The position numbers and the translations under genes are program-made. Below, one piece after another: positions 62,585 to 64,000 of a stretch of DNA of 64,000 nucleotides. This DNA comes from Antedon mediterranea (taxonomy: Eukaryota > Animalia > Echinodermata). How positions within the stretch are numbered: position 1 is the stretch's first letter; each line of letters opens with the position of its first letter. The DNA lies in NCBI RefSeq assembly GCF_964355755.1, contig NC_092677.1:4548101-4612100 (forward strand), in the 5' to 3' direction. The notes under the pieces were generated by a model. It had not been told where the DNA came from. It was given only the letters and a program-made list of their open reading frames with translations, and ran no database searches.

Positions 62585-64000
62585 ATGGAGTCAAGTGAGA
62601 TAATTCTCACAGATCATGTTCTCACGATGGAGGAGTTATCACAATTTAATATCGAGGACACATGGGAAGACAGTCTTAAGAGAACACAGAAAAATAGTCA
62701 GGTATTATTATATATTACACCAGATATGTTTATGTCCCCTAAGATCAAAAAATTATTGTTTTTGTTGAACAAAATTAAGAAAATCTATTAAATTTGTTTG
62801 ATCTCAATCATCAAGTGTTTTGTGTGTATAAATGGTGGCTGGACTTTTAGCTCATTAACTCATTTTTAATACATCAGCATTTAGTAAAGCTTGGTTCCCA
62901 CTAGAACGTAACGCAAGGACGTAAACGCAACGCAAGCGTTTCCATTTTTATGGACAAATAAAATTTCTTGAATCTTGAATCTTGAACCAATGACAAGCGA
63001 AGTTATAGACAGTTAGCAATCACAAGCGAATAAGCCATCGCTTGTGATTGGTCAATTCACTTGCGTTGCGTCCTTGCGTTGCGTCGCTAGTGGGAACCAC
63101 GCTTAAAGCCACTTACCAATTACATAAGAATTTCACTTATATAAAATTAATAAAATCTTTGTTTGTTTTACAGTATTACAATTGGTTGTGTTAAAACGAG
63201 GATTTATTAAATTTTTACAAAAATGATGAAAGCTGTTTTTTTTTTATAGGATACGTCATTAGAACTAACAGATACTAGTAAAGCGTTGAAAGTTCACTCG
63301 GAGCGACCGCATTTAGTCAGTCTTGGAGGTAGCCGCATTAGCACAGCTGTCACCCTGTTACCCCTCAAAGAAGGTTCGTCACTCATGAGTCATCAGAGTG
63401 TGGCATTCCTCACAAAATAAAAGTGATGTATCTAAAAATAATACACTTGCAATATTTTTACTATATTAATAAAGGAAATCAAACAAATTATCAAAGGAAA
63501 TGTGAATATTTATACCCTTATTTAATGATAATTTTTTTTCTATAATATCTCAATTTTGTTATCTGTTTTGTTATCAGTTTTAATAATTAATGATGGATTA
63601 GCACGAATTAATTCAATTCTGGTTAATAGTGGTCTAACCTTAATAAAGATATGTTTATACCACTGAAAAAAATAGTTTTTACAATTTTTGTTGTTGAATA
63701 TGCCAATTTATAGATGTATTGTCCCCCAAAACATTTTTTAATAACTACTATATTATATGACATTAAAATGACTTTTTTCAGGTGAACAATATATCTAATG
63801 TCACAAAAGCTTAATCACTTTGACCAAAAATAATGTTTTGAATTTCATTATGTTGTTTGGTAAACACATATTGTGGTTATAAAACAAATCCTGTCATTAA
63901 TCAGAATACCTAGAAATGGAAAGTTTTAGCCACAAAGAGACAGATATTACCTAATAATATACTTATAATACATAATTTTTTACAGGGAACAACTTAGTGG
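62585..64000 (+). CDS. PHLDB1: Pleckstrin homology-like domain family B (PHLDB1/2, LL5-like) protein, N-terminal exons; continues beyond window
   Basis: Exons 62585-62701, 63250-63373 and 63986-> give MESSEIILTD...NSQ|DTSLELTDTSKALKVHSERPHLVSLGGSRISTAVTLLPLKEG|NNLV, matching PHLDB1 LDLIETGKGLKVQTDKPHLVSLGSGRLSTAITLLPLEEGRTVIG (start of the FHA domain). Probably the single invertebrate PHLDB rather than a strict PHLDB1 orthologue. Confidence 0.85.
62888..63103. mobile_element. Harbinger-type MITE, family 1, with internal LINE-tail insertion
   Basis: TIRs with TAA TSD. Relative to the 11528-11688 copy it has an extra ~43 bp (62942-62985). Confidence 0.8.

Overview
AT-rich eukaryotic (animal, probably marine-invertebrate) genomic DNA with spliceosomal GT-AG introns. 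Most of the supplied short ORFs are artefacts of repeats. Genes found by reading exons: two tandem SLC47/MATE-type transporter paralogues on the + strand (copy 1 at 8691-16090 with exon 1 not found in the window; copy 2 complete at 17334-23781, 15 exons, 535 aa), an orphan fragment of a MATE last exon (36513-36696), a small putatively secreted YWTD beta-propeller gene (25868-~29315), and the 5' part of a PHLDB1/2-like gene (probable non-coding exons near 37.5 and 44.3 kb, coding from 62585 past the window end). The most striking structures are transposon-derived. (1) The 1-8103 array of ~1.5-kb Helentron/DINE-like elements has junctions best explained by repeated insertion of the element into its own microsatellite linker (Russian-doll nesting), not by simple tandem duplication. 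(2) A stacked insertion at 30372-36352: a 5S rRNA+tRNA+CORE-type SINE is split by a 5.6-kb foldback DNA transposon (8-bp TSD), which itself carries a MITE (7-bp TSD) and a decayed Chapaev transposon (4-bp TSD). (3) A fully foldable tRNA-like gene with the normally avoided Asp anticodon ATC sits at 16808-16879. The window also has many Harbinger-type and Kolobok-type MITEs, SINEs, an LTR+PBS remnant, minisatellites, and a ~3.4-kb decayed coding-like island in the PHLDB intron. All family assignments are by-eye motif recognition; no database searches were run.
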